64,000 bases of DNA, taken from an uncultured Verrucomicrobiae bacterium (GTDB lineage: Bacteria > Verrucomicrobiota > Verrucomicrobiia > Chthoniobacterales > Terrimicrobiaceae). How positions within the stretch are numbered: the first letter of the stretch is position 1; every line of letters starts with the position of its first letter. Location of the stretch: contig CAVPOC010000005.1 in assembly GCA_963706955.1 (NCBI GenBank), positions 64,001 to 128,000 of the forward strand. The letters are read 5' to 3'. The notes below the pieces were generated by a model that searched no databases, was not told the origin of the DNA, and worked only from the letters and a program-made list of their open reading frames with translations. This document shows, in pieces, positions 52,338-61,075 of this stretch. The position numbers were made by a program, and so were the translations under genes.

Positions 52338-52990
52338 GCGCCGCCAGTGGCAATGTCGACGAACCCGCACGCGCGCTGGCGGCGAGTGATCCTGTGCTCG
52401 CACGCGTAATTGATTGCGTTGGGCCTTCTACGCTTGAGCCGACAGGTGAACTCGATCTCTTCCAGGCGCTCTTGCGTTCAATCATTTTTCAACAACTGCA
52501 CGGCAAGGCAGCCACGGCGATACACGCGCGGGTTATCGCGCTGATGCCGGAAGCCAACGCCAGTGCCTTGCAGGCCTTACCGGATGCGTCCCTGCGGGCG
52601 GCAGGTCTCTCGGCGAACAAGTTGCTGGCAGTGCGCGACCTCGCCTCAAAGACCCTCGAGGGGACTGTCCCCCCAATCACGATGGCCGCTAAGCTAAGCG
52701 ATGATGCACTCATCGAATGCCTCACCCAAGTGCGCGGCATTGGACCTTGGACCGTGCAAATGCTCATGATATTTTATTTAGGCCGTCCCGACGTGATGCC
52801 GACGTCCGATTTTGGTATTCGAAAAGCGTTTGGCCTTCTCTACCGACGCGGCCGCCCGGTAACCCCCGCTGCGATTCTTCAGCACGCCAAGCGCTGGCGA
52901 CCATACCGCTCGCTCGCCAGTTGGTATTTGTGGCGCTCACTCGATGCTGAGCTCGCACTCGAACTGCCGGCGCCTCCGCGTAGAAGGTGA
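52334..52990 (+). CDS. alkA: DNA-3-methyladenine glycosylase II (AlkA family)
   Basis: SIIFQQL, LTQVRGIGPWT, RPDVMPTSDFGIR, WRPYRS. Confidence 0.9.
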   Translation: MSAASGNVDEPARALAASDPVLARVIDCVGPSTLEPTGELDLFQALLRSIIFQQLHGKAATAIHARVIALMPEANASALQALPDASLRAAGLSANKLLAVRDLASKTLEGTVPPITMAAKLSDDALIECLTQVRGIGPWTVQMLMIFYLGRPDVMPTSDFGIRKAFGLLYRRGRPVTPAAILQHAKRWRPYRSLASWYLWRSLDAELALELPAPPRRR

Positions 52991-53122
52991 TCTGCTGCGG
53001 CCGCATCAGGACGTCGGATCACATCTCCGCTGAGCTGCACCCTCCAAGGTTTTCACTGCGCTTCGAATGGTCGAGACGCACGCGGACGACACCTCTAATT
53101 TAACTGTAAGGCAGCGCAGTTC

Positions 53123-54013
53123 ATGCTTAGACCATCCGATCGCTCCAGCAATCAAATTCACCAGGGCGAGTCCGTCCCTCATAGGACCTTGATAGGAGGT
53201 ATGTTCGTGTGCGCTTTGTTGGTTCTCGGTGGATATCTGTTGTTCGTGAACACGCGGTGGGGCCAAATGGTCGACAATGCGGCCTATTCCGGAAGGAACA
53301 TCATTAGGCCTGCTCTCATCGAATATGACCATGTGCTCTTGAATGCGGTGAGCGTCAGAACTCTCGTCGTCGCGATCATCCTCATTCTCGTGGTGGGCGC
53401 TTTGCGCCATTGCTTAACCGCGGCTGCCATGATCGCAGTCGGATTCGCCTGCACGGTGGCCGGAGGCGAGCTCCTGAAGCATGGGCTCCCGTGGCACGCA
53501 CTCGTCCTTAACGACATCCAGCTGCCGCTCGATCTCCAGCGGCACACATATCCGAGCGGACATACCACGATCGGAACCTCACTCGCAATCGCATTGGTTT
53601 TGGTAAGCCCAACGCGATGGCGACTACGGATGGCGGTGGTCGCCGGTCTTCTCAGCGCCTCTTTCGCTACCGGTGTTCTTTTCGTGGGTTGGCACCGACC
53701 ATCGGACGCCCTCGGGGGAATTTTTTGGTCCGGCTTTGGCATGTCCCTGGCTGCACTCTCAGTTATCTCCTTGGGCGGTAAACCGATTCGTGGAGGTCAA
53801 CCTGCTACCGCTCTTCTCAGCAGCATTCTGCTGATGATTGTCGCGGCGATAGCCGTTCCCTTCTGCTTCACCACCTGGAACCTCGCGGATTCACAATTCG
53901 CTCCTCAGGTGTCCTTCTTGATCTTGACTCTGCTCATCATGATCAGTTCTTTCGGCGTCGCGCTCTGGTTCGGTTGGCAGCTACGCTGTGTCGACTGGGT
54001 GGACTACACCTAA
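53123..54013 (+). CDS. PAP2 family membrane protein
   Basis: ELLKH, YPSGHTT, GWHRPSD; many TM segments. Confidence 0.8.
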   Translation: MLRPSDRSSNQIHQGESVPHRTLIGGMFVCALLVLGGYLLFVNTRWGQMVDNAAYSGRNIIRPALIEYDHVLLNAVSVRTLVVAIILILVVGALRHCLTAAAMIAVGFACTVAGGELLKHGLPWHALVLNDIQLPLDLQRHTYPSGHTTIGTSLAIALVLVSPTRWRLRMAVVAGLLSASFATGVLFVGWHRPSDALGGIFWSGFGMSLAALSVISLGGKPIRGGQPATALLSSILLMIVAAIAVPFCFTTWNLADSQFAPQVSFLILTLLIMISSFGVALWFGWQLRCVDWVDYT

Positions 54014-54321
54014 CTTCCATCCGCCTGCTGCCGCGGCGCACTCCACCTGCCAAACTTCAGGCAATTTTGACTTGGAGCAGGATCTCCATCGCCGAACTCC
54101 CGACTGCAAGAACATGTTCGCTGAATCAATTAAATGATTTCTCGGATTGACGTCCCAAAATAACGGGTTTTCCAGAATGGGGGAAACCCCGACCGCGTTC
54201 TCAGTTGGGTTTCTGACAGCACTGTGTCCTAGCGGAGACGAAGCCTTGTTGAGTTCACAGTCTAACAAGATTTGAGTTCCGGTGGCGATGCGCCACCGAT
54301 CACCAGCAAAGGCGGTGACGT

Positions 54322-55227
54322 ATGACCCTCCTATTGGCACCCTTTGACGTTTTGAGGCGACCTTCGCCGACGGTCTCGAACTGTTCGGAAGATCAAGGCC
54401 GACGAAGATCAGGCAAACTTCCCCACCAAAGACGACTGAGCATCGTCGTGGGAAGCCTAGCTTGGCTATGGACGCTGCTCGCGGCCGTGTTGGTCATTGT
54501 CGTCCCTGCCCTCTTAAGCAATAAGTCCACCCTTTTTTTCGGTCGGAATGTCGACCAGGACAGGGATGAACCAGCATATGAGACCGCTGTCGAGATTCTG
54601 TTTGACTCGCCATACCCTGTGGAAGCGCCGCGAATGTTCGCGCTCGGAGAAGAGTCTTTTGCACCAACAATCCTCTCGTATCACGGGAATATCTTAAATA
54701 GAGCGAAGTCGCTCCTTGCCTCTGAAAACGTGGCGCTGCTGGACGCGCTTCAACCTGCGGGGCTCCACCTCGAGTATCCGGTCAAAGTCAATCTCGGAAG
54801 TTTGACCGTCGCCGAGAACCTTATCAATTTCGGCAAGAAGGCCAATCGCAAGAATGCGAGTCTGGCATCACGCCTTGCACGTGTAACGGTCTATTGGCCC
54901 GAGGAGGGTGATTTCTATACAAGGAACCGGAAAAGTTCCACGGGCACTCGCCTCCGGGATGGCCACTGTGCGGTGGATCCTAAGGTGATCCCTTATGGAA
55001 GCGTGGTGAAGGTTCCCGGAGTGGGACGTTTGGTTGCAGTCGACACAGGCAGAGCGGTGATTTCGAGGCGTGCGGCACGACTCACCGGTCGGACGCGCGA
55101 GCAGCGCAGCGCCATTGTCATCGATGTGTTCTGCTCTACGCGAGCAAAGGCGCGAGCCTTGATCAAACGACTCAAGCACTTTGCCGTCGTCACGTGGCAA
55201 GGGCCGGACCGGGTGGCGGAGCTGTAG
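54322..55227 (+). CDS. 3D-domain (MltA/RlpA-like) cell-wall protein
   Basis: ARVTVYW, CAVDPKVIPYGS, AVDTG, IDVF. Start uncertain. Confidence 0.75.
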   Translation: MTLLLAPFDVLRRPSPTVSNCSEDQGRRRSGKLPHQRRLSIVVGSLAWLWTLLAAVLVIVVPALLSNKSTLFFGRNVDQDRDEPAYETAVEILFDSPYPVEAPRMFALGEESFAPTILSYHGNILNRAKSLLASENVALLDALQPAGLHLEYPVKVNLGSLTVAENLINFGKKANRKNASLASRLARVTVYWPEEGDFYTRNRKSSTGTRLRDGHCAVDPKVIPYGSVVKVPGVGRLVAVDTGRAVISRRAARLTGRTREQRSAIVIDVFCSTRAKARALIKRLKHFAVVTWQGPDRVAEL

Positions 55228-55741
55228 TCTCAAAATCGTCGATGATATTGACCAACATTGCTCCCGCCATGATCAGGTTTCCGTCGACTCCGGCCGTCGC
55301 GTCGCAAGATATTCCTTTTTGGCTAACGCCGACTCGTCAAACGCGTCGTCTCGCTTGATGCTTCTCGAGAGAACGAGGACGCAGTTCATCTCAAACGGCC
55401 AAGATCCAGACGCAATTACTGGAGTGTGGTGGCCTTACGGTGACAGAGGATCCGGCCCAGGTACTTGGCTAGATTCGGAATCGCTTCTTGCAGCGTGAAG
55501 CGTCCATCGTCATCGTGGAATTCGAATTGGTATTGGCGATGATGAATGGTTCGATTTCAGCGGAACGCGCACTTGAGGCTTGGGGAGCAGCAGTTGTGCA
55601 AAGATGTGGGTCCAAGCGCGGTCTAGCGCCACACCCACTGCCAGGCTCGGAGCGGAGAAGATTTGCTGATTTAAATTCCTGGCGCGGTCGCTCTGCCTCT
55701 CGTGTCATTCGTCACACTCTCGCCGCGTAAAGCTCACTCCT

Positions 55742-56029
55742 ATGCAGAGGCAAGTCGAAATCATCAACAAGCTTGGATTGCATGCACGCCCGGCCGCGCT
55801 TTTCGTGCAATGCGTGATACGTTTTCGAAGCACCGTCTCTATCCAAAAGGATGGCGAACGTTACTCGGCGGCAAGCATCCTGGAAGTTCTCGCTGCCAAT
55901 CTTGATTGTGGAACAAGGATTATCATCGAGGCAGTGGGGCCCGATGAGAAAGAGGCGCTTGATGAGCTCGAAGCACTGCTCAAGCGCCTTCCCGAAGTGG
56001 AAGCCGAAGCCGGCTCGCCAGATTCGTAA
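55742..56029 (+). CDS. ptsH: HPr family phosphocarrier protein
   Basis: NKLGLHARPAA (His15), AASILEVL, GPDEKEAL. Confidence 0.9.
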   Translation: MQRQVEIINKLGLHARPAALFVQCVIRFRSTVSIQKDGERYSAASILEVLAANLDCGTRIIIEAVGPDEKEALDELEALLKRLPEVEAEAGSPDS

Positions 56030-56155
56030 CACCTCAGCTTCTGGTCCTACCATCCGAGACATTTACGCGAAAGCGTGATCCGCCCGCTCCCGCGGTGTCA
56101 AATAAGGCGCTCTCAAAACGAGAACGCATCCGTGGCATACTCGAATGGCACCCGA

Positions 56156-56518
56156 TCACGCTGTGACCAACGTCTGAAATCCACCGTAGGCCATGCGCTT
56201 GTAGTCGAACGGCACCTGGCCCTTTTCGCACATACCTTTGAGGCGCTCGTCAGCCATCACTTTCGCATTAACTTCGTCGCGGCTGGACCTCGATTCGAAG
56301 AGTATCCAGGCGAAAACAACCGTTTCATCGGGACCCGCGCTCGCCAATCGTGGAAATGACACCATCTCTTTGGCATCCATGTCCTCTGCGATGCATTCGC
56401 GATACTCAAGCGCGCCGTGCTCGCGTCAAATCTTCGCGGCCTCTTCCGCGATGCTCCGATAGAGGTCTACCTTGTCTTTCGGGATCGGTAGAACGAATCC
56501 GTCAACGTATTGTGCCAT
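56156..56518 (-). pseudogene. DUF1428 family protein with in-frame TGA at 56426-56428
   Basis: MAQYVDGFVLPIPK...AAKI*REHGALEYREC...SFPR...ETVVFAW...VMAD...PFDYKRMAYGGF; the stop sits where a Trp (TGG) is expected. Confidence 0.85.
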
Positions 56519-57089
56519 ATTTTTCTCCTTTTGGTTTGTTACAGTGGAACACGCTCGATTAGGTCAAGCATGCGAATCTCGACAGGCGACTTCAATGAAC
56601 GACACGATTTAGAATGTTTTCGACTCGGTGCGTGCCGGGACGCGAAGGCCTCCCTGCGTCGGCGTTTGCGGTGGGGATATTTGACCCAATGGCATGGTGT
56701 CATTCAACCCTCGCGCCCGTGAGGATGCGCTTCCCCTCGGCTGACAACGCCTTTTCGTGCCACCAAGACTCTTCCTTGATGAAATCTGCGCGTCCCTCAT
56801 TACCAATGCTTGTCCGAAGATACGACGAACCAAAAATGTCTGACAGGACATCGAACAGAGAAAAATCTCACAAGTTCTACAAGGGGCTCGTCGACCGCTC
56901 TCGAATTCCTCTTCATTGGGCCGGCTGAGCGAGAAGCTCGGCCGACGTCTCGATGGCAGAACAGCCAATCAAGGATGATAACCTGTATGCCTGTCTTGAA
57001 AAGCGCATGCGAGGGAGGAATCTGCCTCGCGCCCGCAGGGCCAAGTTGAAGGAGCCCGTCGCGCAACCTGTAACAATAAAGACCACCCG

Positions 57090-59132
57090 GTGATCCCAGG
57101 AGCCCACTCACCTGGGGCGAGAATTTTTCTTGCCTCCTTTCTTGTACTTTTCCTTGAGATCGCGCTGATTCGCTGGATGCCAGCTTACATCCGGTTGCTC
57201 GCTTACTTTTCGAATTTTATCCTCCTGGCCAGCTTTCTCGGAATCGGGGTCGGCTGCCTGCTGGCGTCGTCACGAAAACAGCTCTTCACACTGTTTCCAC
57301 TAATCCAAGCGCTCGTCATCGCGATGGTTTACTTTTTCCGGCTCGAAGTAGCTGTCGCCCCGACCGGGAGCCTCTACTTCTCGAGCGGAACTGCCGAGCA
57401 GGTCGTGGCCGTGGAAAGCACATTGCTGCTGCCGGTGATATTTGTGGTCGTGGCGGCCCTGTTTACCACTCTCGCCCAGCGCATGGGAAAGGAGATGGGC
57501 ACACTTCCGCCGCTCCGCGGATACACGCTAAATCTGCTCGGCAGCCTTACAGGTGTTGGACTCTTTGCGCTCATTTCCTGGTTGCAACTCTCGCCAACCT
57601 GGTGGTTCGCCATTGGCTTCGCCGCGGCAATTCCACTCCTGCTGACCTCCGAGCCGGGCACGGGCCACTCTGCGCCTAAGGGCGTCGCACTCACGACGAA
57701 CATCATTCTCCTGCTCGCCGCGCTGTTTTGTGTTCATCTCCTCGCACGAGGCGCACGCTGGTCACCATACTACAAAATTACCTTTGGACGAGCAGATGGG
57801 GACGCGGTGATAGAGGTGAACAACATTTTTCACCAATCAATGGCCCCGGTAGGCCAGAAAGAATACTTCTACCAATGGCCCTACATGGCCTTTGGGGACA
57901 CGTTTCAAAACGTTCTCGTCCTCGGCGCAGGCTCGGGAACGGATGTTGCCGCGGCCTTGAAACATGGCGCCATTCATGTTGATGCCGTCGAGATTGATCC
58001 CGTAATTGTCCAGCTCGGGCGTGAATATCATCCTGATAGGCCCTATTCCGATCCTCGCGTTAACGTCATCATCGACGACGCACGACATTTTCTCAGGACA
58101 ACAACGAAGAAGTATGATCTGGTAGTTTTTGCCTTGATCGATTCGCTGACGCTGCAATCAAGCTTCTCCGGCGTCCGGCTGGAGAGTTATATGTTTACGG
58201 AGGAAGCCTTCCAAGCTGTCAAGAATCGCCTCGCCGCAGACGGGTTGCTGGTCGTCTACAACTACTTCCGCGAACCATGGCTCGTCGATCGGCTGGCAAA
58301 CATCTCGGCTGCGGCCTTTGGGCAGGAACCACGTGTGCACGTCCATGAAGCGCGTGCCTATCTTGGGGTCTTAATGGCTGGGCCGAGACTATCCAAGTTG
58401 ACAAAGGATCCATCGATCCCGGTGCGCGTTACTGCGTATGGGCAGTCGCACGCACCAAGTCCGGCACGTATCCATAGACGCGATGCGACCATTGAACCGG
58501 CAAGTGACGATTGGCCGTTTCTTTACCTTCGTGACCGCCACATCCCCCAGCACTATCTTTCCGCATTGGGTCTCATCCTGGCAGTATCTACGGTTGCCGT
58601 TTTCCTCGTTCTTCGGGGACATCCCGGGAGATGGGCATGGGACTTCTTCCTTCTCGGAGCTGGATTCATGCTCCTCGAGACCCGATCGATCACTCAGTTT
58701 GCGCTGTTGTGGGGATCAACGTGGGTAGTGGCATCGCTCGCCATTGCCTCTGTCCTGGCGATGGCGCTCGTGGCCAACTTCATTGTCTCCAAAGTTGAGA
58801 TCGTCAGATTATGGTTGGTCGGAGGTATTCTTTTCACCCTCCTGGCGGTGAACTTCTTGATTCCTGTCGGCTCAATCAGCTTTGAGTCCCGTATCGTCGA
58901 ATCGCTTTTCTACGCCGGCCTAATGTTTAGCCCGATCTTGTGTGCGGGACTGTTGTTTGGTTCTTCCGTTAAGCGATCGACGGCGCTCGCTCGGGACTAT
59001 GGCACCAATCTTCTCGGCGCGATGTTCGGCGGAGTCAGTGAATACCTCGCCTTAGTCACCGGCTTCGGCACACTACTGTTCGCCATCGCACTTTGCTACG
59101 TCGGCGCCATTGTTGCCATGAAACGACACTAA
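57090..59132 (+). CDS. Multi-pass membrane protein with spermidine-synthase-like class I SAM-binding domain
   Basis: N- and C-terminal TM bundles, VLVLGAGSGTD, AVEIDP, DDARHFL, SDDWPFLY. Confidence 0.85.
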   Translation: MIPGAHSPGARIFLASFLVLFLEIALIRWMPAYIRLLAYFSNFILLASFLGIGVGCLLASSRKQLFTLFPLIQALVIAMVYFFRLEVAVAPTGSLYFSSGTAEQVVAVESTLLLPVIFVVVAALFTTLAQRMGKEMGTLPPLRGYTLNLLGSLTGVGLFALISWLQLSPTWWFAIGFAAAIPLLLTSEPGTGHSAPKGVALTTNIILLLAALFCVHLLARGARWSPYYKITFGRADGDAVIEVNNIFHQSMAPVGQKEYFYQWPYMAFGDTFQNVLVLGAGSGTDVAAALKHGAIHVDAVEIDPVIVQLGREYHPDRPYSDPRVNVIIDDARHFLRTTTKKYDLVVFALIDSLTLQSSFSGVRLESYMFTEEAFQAVKNRLAADGLLVVYNYFREPWLVDRLANISAAAFGQEPRVHVHEARAYLGVLMAGPRLSKLTKDPSIPVRVTAYGQSHAPSPARIHRRDATIEPASDDWPFLYLRDRHIPQHYLSALGLILAVSTVAVFLVLRGHPGRWAWDFFLLGAGFMLLETRSITQFALLWGSTWVVASLAIASVLAMALVANFIVSKVEIVRLWLVGGILFTLLAVNFLIPVGSISFESRIVESLFYAGLMFSPILCAGLLFGSSVKRSTALARDYGTNLLGAMFGGVSEYLALVTGFGTLLFAIALCYVGAIVAMKRH

Positions 59133-59210
59133 GAGCTCGGCTGCCAGTTTCGACAAGGGGAGAGAATCCAGGCGAGCTCGTTCGCCGGATCGAATCTCCG
59201 CTGGACTAGT

Positions 59211-59339
59211 TTATCTCCAAGTGTAATCCCGAAAGAGTCGTCTGGCCGTTGCCCCTTTTGGGTCCTTGCTTGGCTTCAGGTCCTTGACTTGAATTGTGCT
59301 CTTTTCTTTCTTCGGCTGTTTGTTTGATTTGGCTTTCAT
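59211..59339 (-). CDS. Leader/core precursor peptide F, 42 aa: MKAKSNKQPKKEKSTIQVKDLKPSKDPKGA-TARRLFRDYTWR
   Basis: Manually translated; paralogous leader, ATG start, TAA stop. Confidence 0.85.
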   Translation of the reverse strand: MKAKSNKQPKKEKSTIQVKDLKPSKDPKGATARRLFRDYTWR

Positions 59340-59362
59340 TCTGGCGGTTTGATGGTGGCTTG

Positions 59363-59469
59363 AGGCCGTTAATAAAATCCTGCTAACGAGAGGGACCGTG
59401 TGCTGAACTCCCGGTCGGAATAATTCGCCGATGTTCAGCTTAGCTCATCAGGTCCCGCAGGAACGGCTT
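59363..59469. other. Nested inverted repeats (long multi-helix hairpin) between peptides E and F
   Basis: GCCGT/ACGGC, TCCTGC/GCAGGA, GGGACC/GGTCCC, GCTGAAC/GTTCAGC in nested order. Confidence 0.55.
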
Positions 59470-59502
59470 AATGGGCCGACTTATCGAACTTAGGCAATAA
59501 CG

Positions 59503-59661
59503 TTATGCGAAACCACCGCCGGCTCCAAGTCGGCGAAGAGGTCTACCAGGCATCTCCCGACCCCGTATTCCTTGCCCCTTCGAGTCCTTAGTTGGCTCCA
59601 GGTCCTTGAGTTGAACAGTGGGGTTAACCTTCTTGGGTTGTTTCGATGACATTTCTTTCAT
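59503..59661 (-). CDS. Precursor peptide E, 52 aa: MKEMSSKQPKKVNPTVQLKDLEPTKDSKGQ-GIRGREMPGRPLRRLGAGGGFA
   Basis: Manually translated; paralogous leader. Confidence 0.85.
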   Translation of the reverse strand: MKEMSSKQPKKVNPTVQLKDLEPTKDSKGQGIRGREMPGRPLRRLGAGGGFA

Positions 59662-59705
59662 GTCGCTGGTGCGTTTGCGGCTTCTAAGACATCACTGCGC
59701 ATGCC

Positions 59706-59858
59706 CTAGAATGCCAAAGGGCGAAGGGGTCCGGGACGACGCATGGGTAACTCCCGACCAGGTCGGAGTTGCCCCTTTGAATCCTTGGTAGGTTGAAGGT
59801 CTTTGAGTTCGACACCGGGTTTGTCTTTTTTGGACTGTTTCGTTGGTTTCTCTTTCAT
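59706..59858 (-). CDS. Precursor peptide D, 50 aa: MKEKPTKQSKKDKPGVELKDLQPTKDSKGQ-LRPGRELPMRRPGPLRPLAF
   Basis: Manually translated; paralogous leader. Confidence 0.85.
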   Translation of the reverse strand: MKEKPTKQSKKDKPGVELKDLQPTKDSKGQLRPGRELPMRRPGPLRPLAF

Positions 59859-59983
59859 GCTTGTGGTTCGTTCTGTTGTTGTTCTTGCGACTTAGCGCCA
59901 AAACACCGTTTGGCGCCTGCTTTCGCTTGTTCTTACAAAAGTTTGCTGAGTCGGACTTGATTCCTGGGTGATGTCTTCGCCTG
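59855..59983 (-). pseudogene. Decayed copy of the partner peptide gene (QAKTSPRNQVRLSKLL*EQAKAGAKRCFGAKSQEQQQNEPQA*)
   Basis: Aligns to 61076-61243; internal TAA at 59933-59935; final TGA overlaps the ATG of peptide D. Confidence 0.7.
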
Positions 59984-60100
59984 GAAGAGTGCACTAACAA
60001 CCGCGACGTCCCGGTCGAGGATCCCCTTGCGAGCTCGGCGTCCGTCAGCAAATCGCGAGCGAGACAGAGGCGGCAACGTTCAATAAGCGGGATCTCGACC

Positions 60101-60250
60101 TTACAACCGCGAAAGACCTCCGGGAATTCGAAGAATATCACGAGAAGCCATCAGTCGCTTTTGCCCTTGGGCATCTTTGATCGGCTTGAGGTCCTTAATT
60201 TGGACGCCGGGTTTTTCTTTTTTGGACTGGTTCGTCGATTTTTCTTTCAT
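60101..60250 (-). CDS. Precursor peptide C, 49 aa: MKEKSTNQSKKEKPGVQIKDLKPIKDAQGQ-KRLMASRDILRIPGGLSRL
   Basis: Manually translated; paralogous leader. Confidence 0.87.
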   Translation of the reverse strand: MKEKSTNQSKKEKPGVQIKDLKPIKDAQGQKRLMASRDILRIPGGLSRL

Positions 60251-60348
60251 GGTTGTGGTTTGTTCTACTGTTGTTCTCGCGATTTCAAACGACGCGAAGT
60301 TGTGTTGCCGAGCTTAGTGTCCCCCTTGGGTGTAGAATCGTGGAATCG
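60247..60348 (-). pseudogene. Decayed copy of the partner peptide gene (RFHDSTPKGDTKLG...KSREQQ*NKPQP*)
   Basis: Matches the RLDDLIPKKDAKAG register; TAG at 60265-60267; final TGA overlaps the ATG of peptide C. Confidence 0.55.
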
Positions 60349-60502
60349 ATTTGACTTGCCGATGACCCTTCTCGTCCCGGCGGCCGATCCTCGGTTCGCC
60401 GAGGCGTGTTAACTAATAACGGCTACCGTTTAAAAAAATGGCCCCCAGACTCGCCCACTTCGTAGCGACATTGAACGACTGACCGCTGAGTCGCGATCGA
60501 CC

Positions 60503-60676
60503 TCAACGGCGCGGAAAGCGTTCTCCAGGAAGTTGAATTATATCTGGAGAAAGCATTCTCATATCTTGAGAAGGCATCAGTCGCTTCTGTCCTTGGGCAT
60601 CTTTGGTCGGCTTGAGGTCCTTGATTTGAACAGCGGGTTTGTCTTTCTTGGACTGCTTGGATGATTTCTCTTTCAT
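60503..60676 (-). CDS. Precursor peptide B, 57 aa: MKEKSSKQSKKDKPAVQIKDLKPTKDAQGQ-KRLMPSQDMRMLSPDIIQLPGERFPRR
   Basis: Manually translated; leader identical in protein to peptide A. Confidence 0.88.
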   Translation of the reverse strand: MKEKSSKQSKKDKPAVQIKDLKPTKDAQGQKRLMPSQDMRMLSPDIIQLPGERFPRR

Positions 60677-60789
60677 GCGTTTGGTTGGTTCTTTTTTGAC
60701 TTCTGCGGCTTGGCTTCCAAAGTCGGTCCGGCGTGCGGCTTCACCTCGCTCTCGGGAGGAGATTCGTTGAGCCGAATGTGTTTGGCCAA
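60673..60789 (-). pseudogene. Diverged copy of the partner peptide gene (LAKHIRLNESPPESEVKPHAGPTLEAKPQKSKKNQPNA*)
   Basis: Retains IRL and AKPQ..KK..P but has lost DDLIPK and FG; only a TTG start is available; TGA overlaps the ATG of peptide B. Confidence 0.6.
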
Positions 60790-60932
60790 TGAGCTTTTCT
60801 CTTCACGAAAGGCGTATAGGCACTAAGCTGTGGTCGTTAACGTAGCTGCGACTATGGATACGCGTTTGCAACTCGTCCACGCCGCCTCAACAGCAACGAA
60901 TAGCCTTTAGGCGCGGTTCGACCTTTAACCCC

Positions 60933-61073
60933 TCAGAAGCCTCCAGGTCTCCGAAAAATCTCTTCAGAGGCCATCATTCGCCTCTGCCCCTGAGCATCCT
61001 TGGTTGGCTTGAGGTCTTTGATTTGGACAGCTGGTTTATCTTTCTTGGACTGCTTGGATGATTTCTCTTTCAT
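60933..61073 (-). CDS. Precursor peptide A, 46 aa: MKEKSSKQSKKDKPAVQIKDLKPTKDAQGQ-RRMMASEEIFRRPGGF
   Basis: Manually translated; ATG 2 nt after the partner gene stop. Confidence 0.88.
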   Translation of the reverse strand: MKEKSSKQSKKDKPAVQIKDLKPTKDAQGQRRMMASEEIFRRPGGF

Positions 61074-61075
61074 GC

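Noticed and set aside
54118..54235. c-di-AMP (ydaO) riboswitch upstream of the 3D-domain gene
   Set aside because: CGCTGAATC and GGGGGAAACC resemble the 5' part, but the GUAGGG, CCCGAA and CAGCUAAC elements are missing. An Infernal scan would settle it.
55228..55741. Possible gene remnant or ncRNA between the 3D-domain gene and ptsH
   Set aside because: No convincing ORF, motif or stable structure identified by eye.
56426..56428. TGA recoded as Trp or selenocysteine
   Set aside because: Many intact genes in the window end in TGA and use TGG for Trp, and the position corresponds to Trp rather than Cys. A point mutation or base error is simpler.
59392..59456. Hammerhead ribozyme (minus-strand CUGAUGAG)
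   Set aside because: It is followed by UGAAC rather than GAAA, and there is no NUH cleavage triplet before the stem I partner.
59692..60412. ORF-track calls 59692-60141 (-) and 60161-60412 (+); also 61058-61249 (+)
   Set aside because: Off-frame or antisense shadows of the peptide genes with no protein-like motifs.
59211..61073. Lanthipeptide, thiopeptide or lasso-type RiPP assignment
   Set aside because: Cores have no Cys and few Ser/Thr, and no LanM/LanB, YcaO, radical SAM or lasso cyclase gene is in the window. Enzymes beyond 64000 cannot be excluded.
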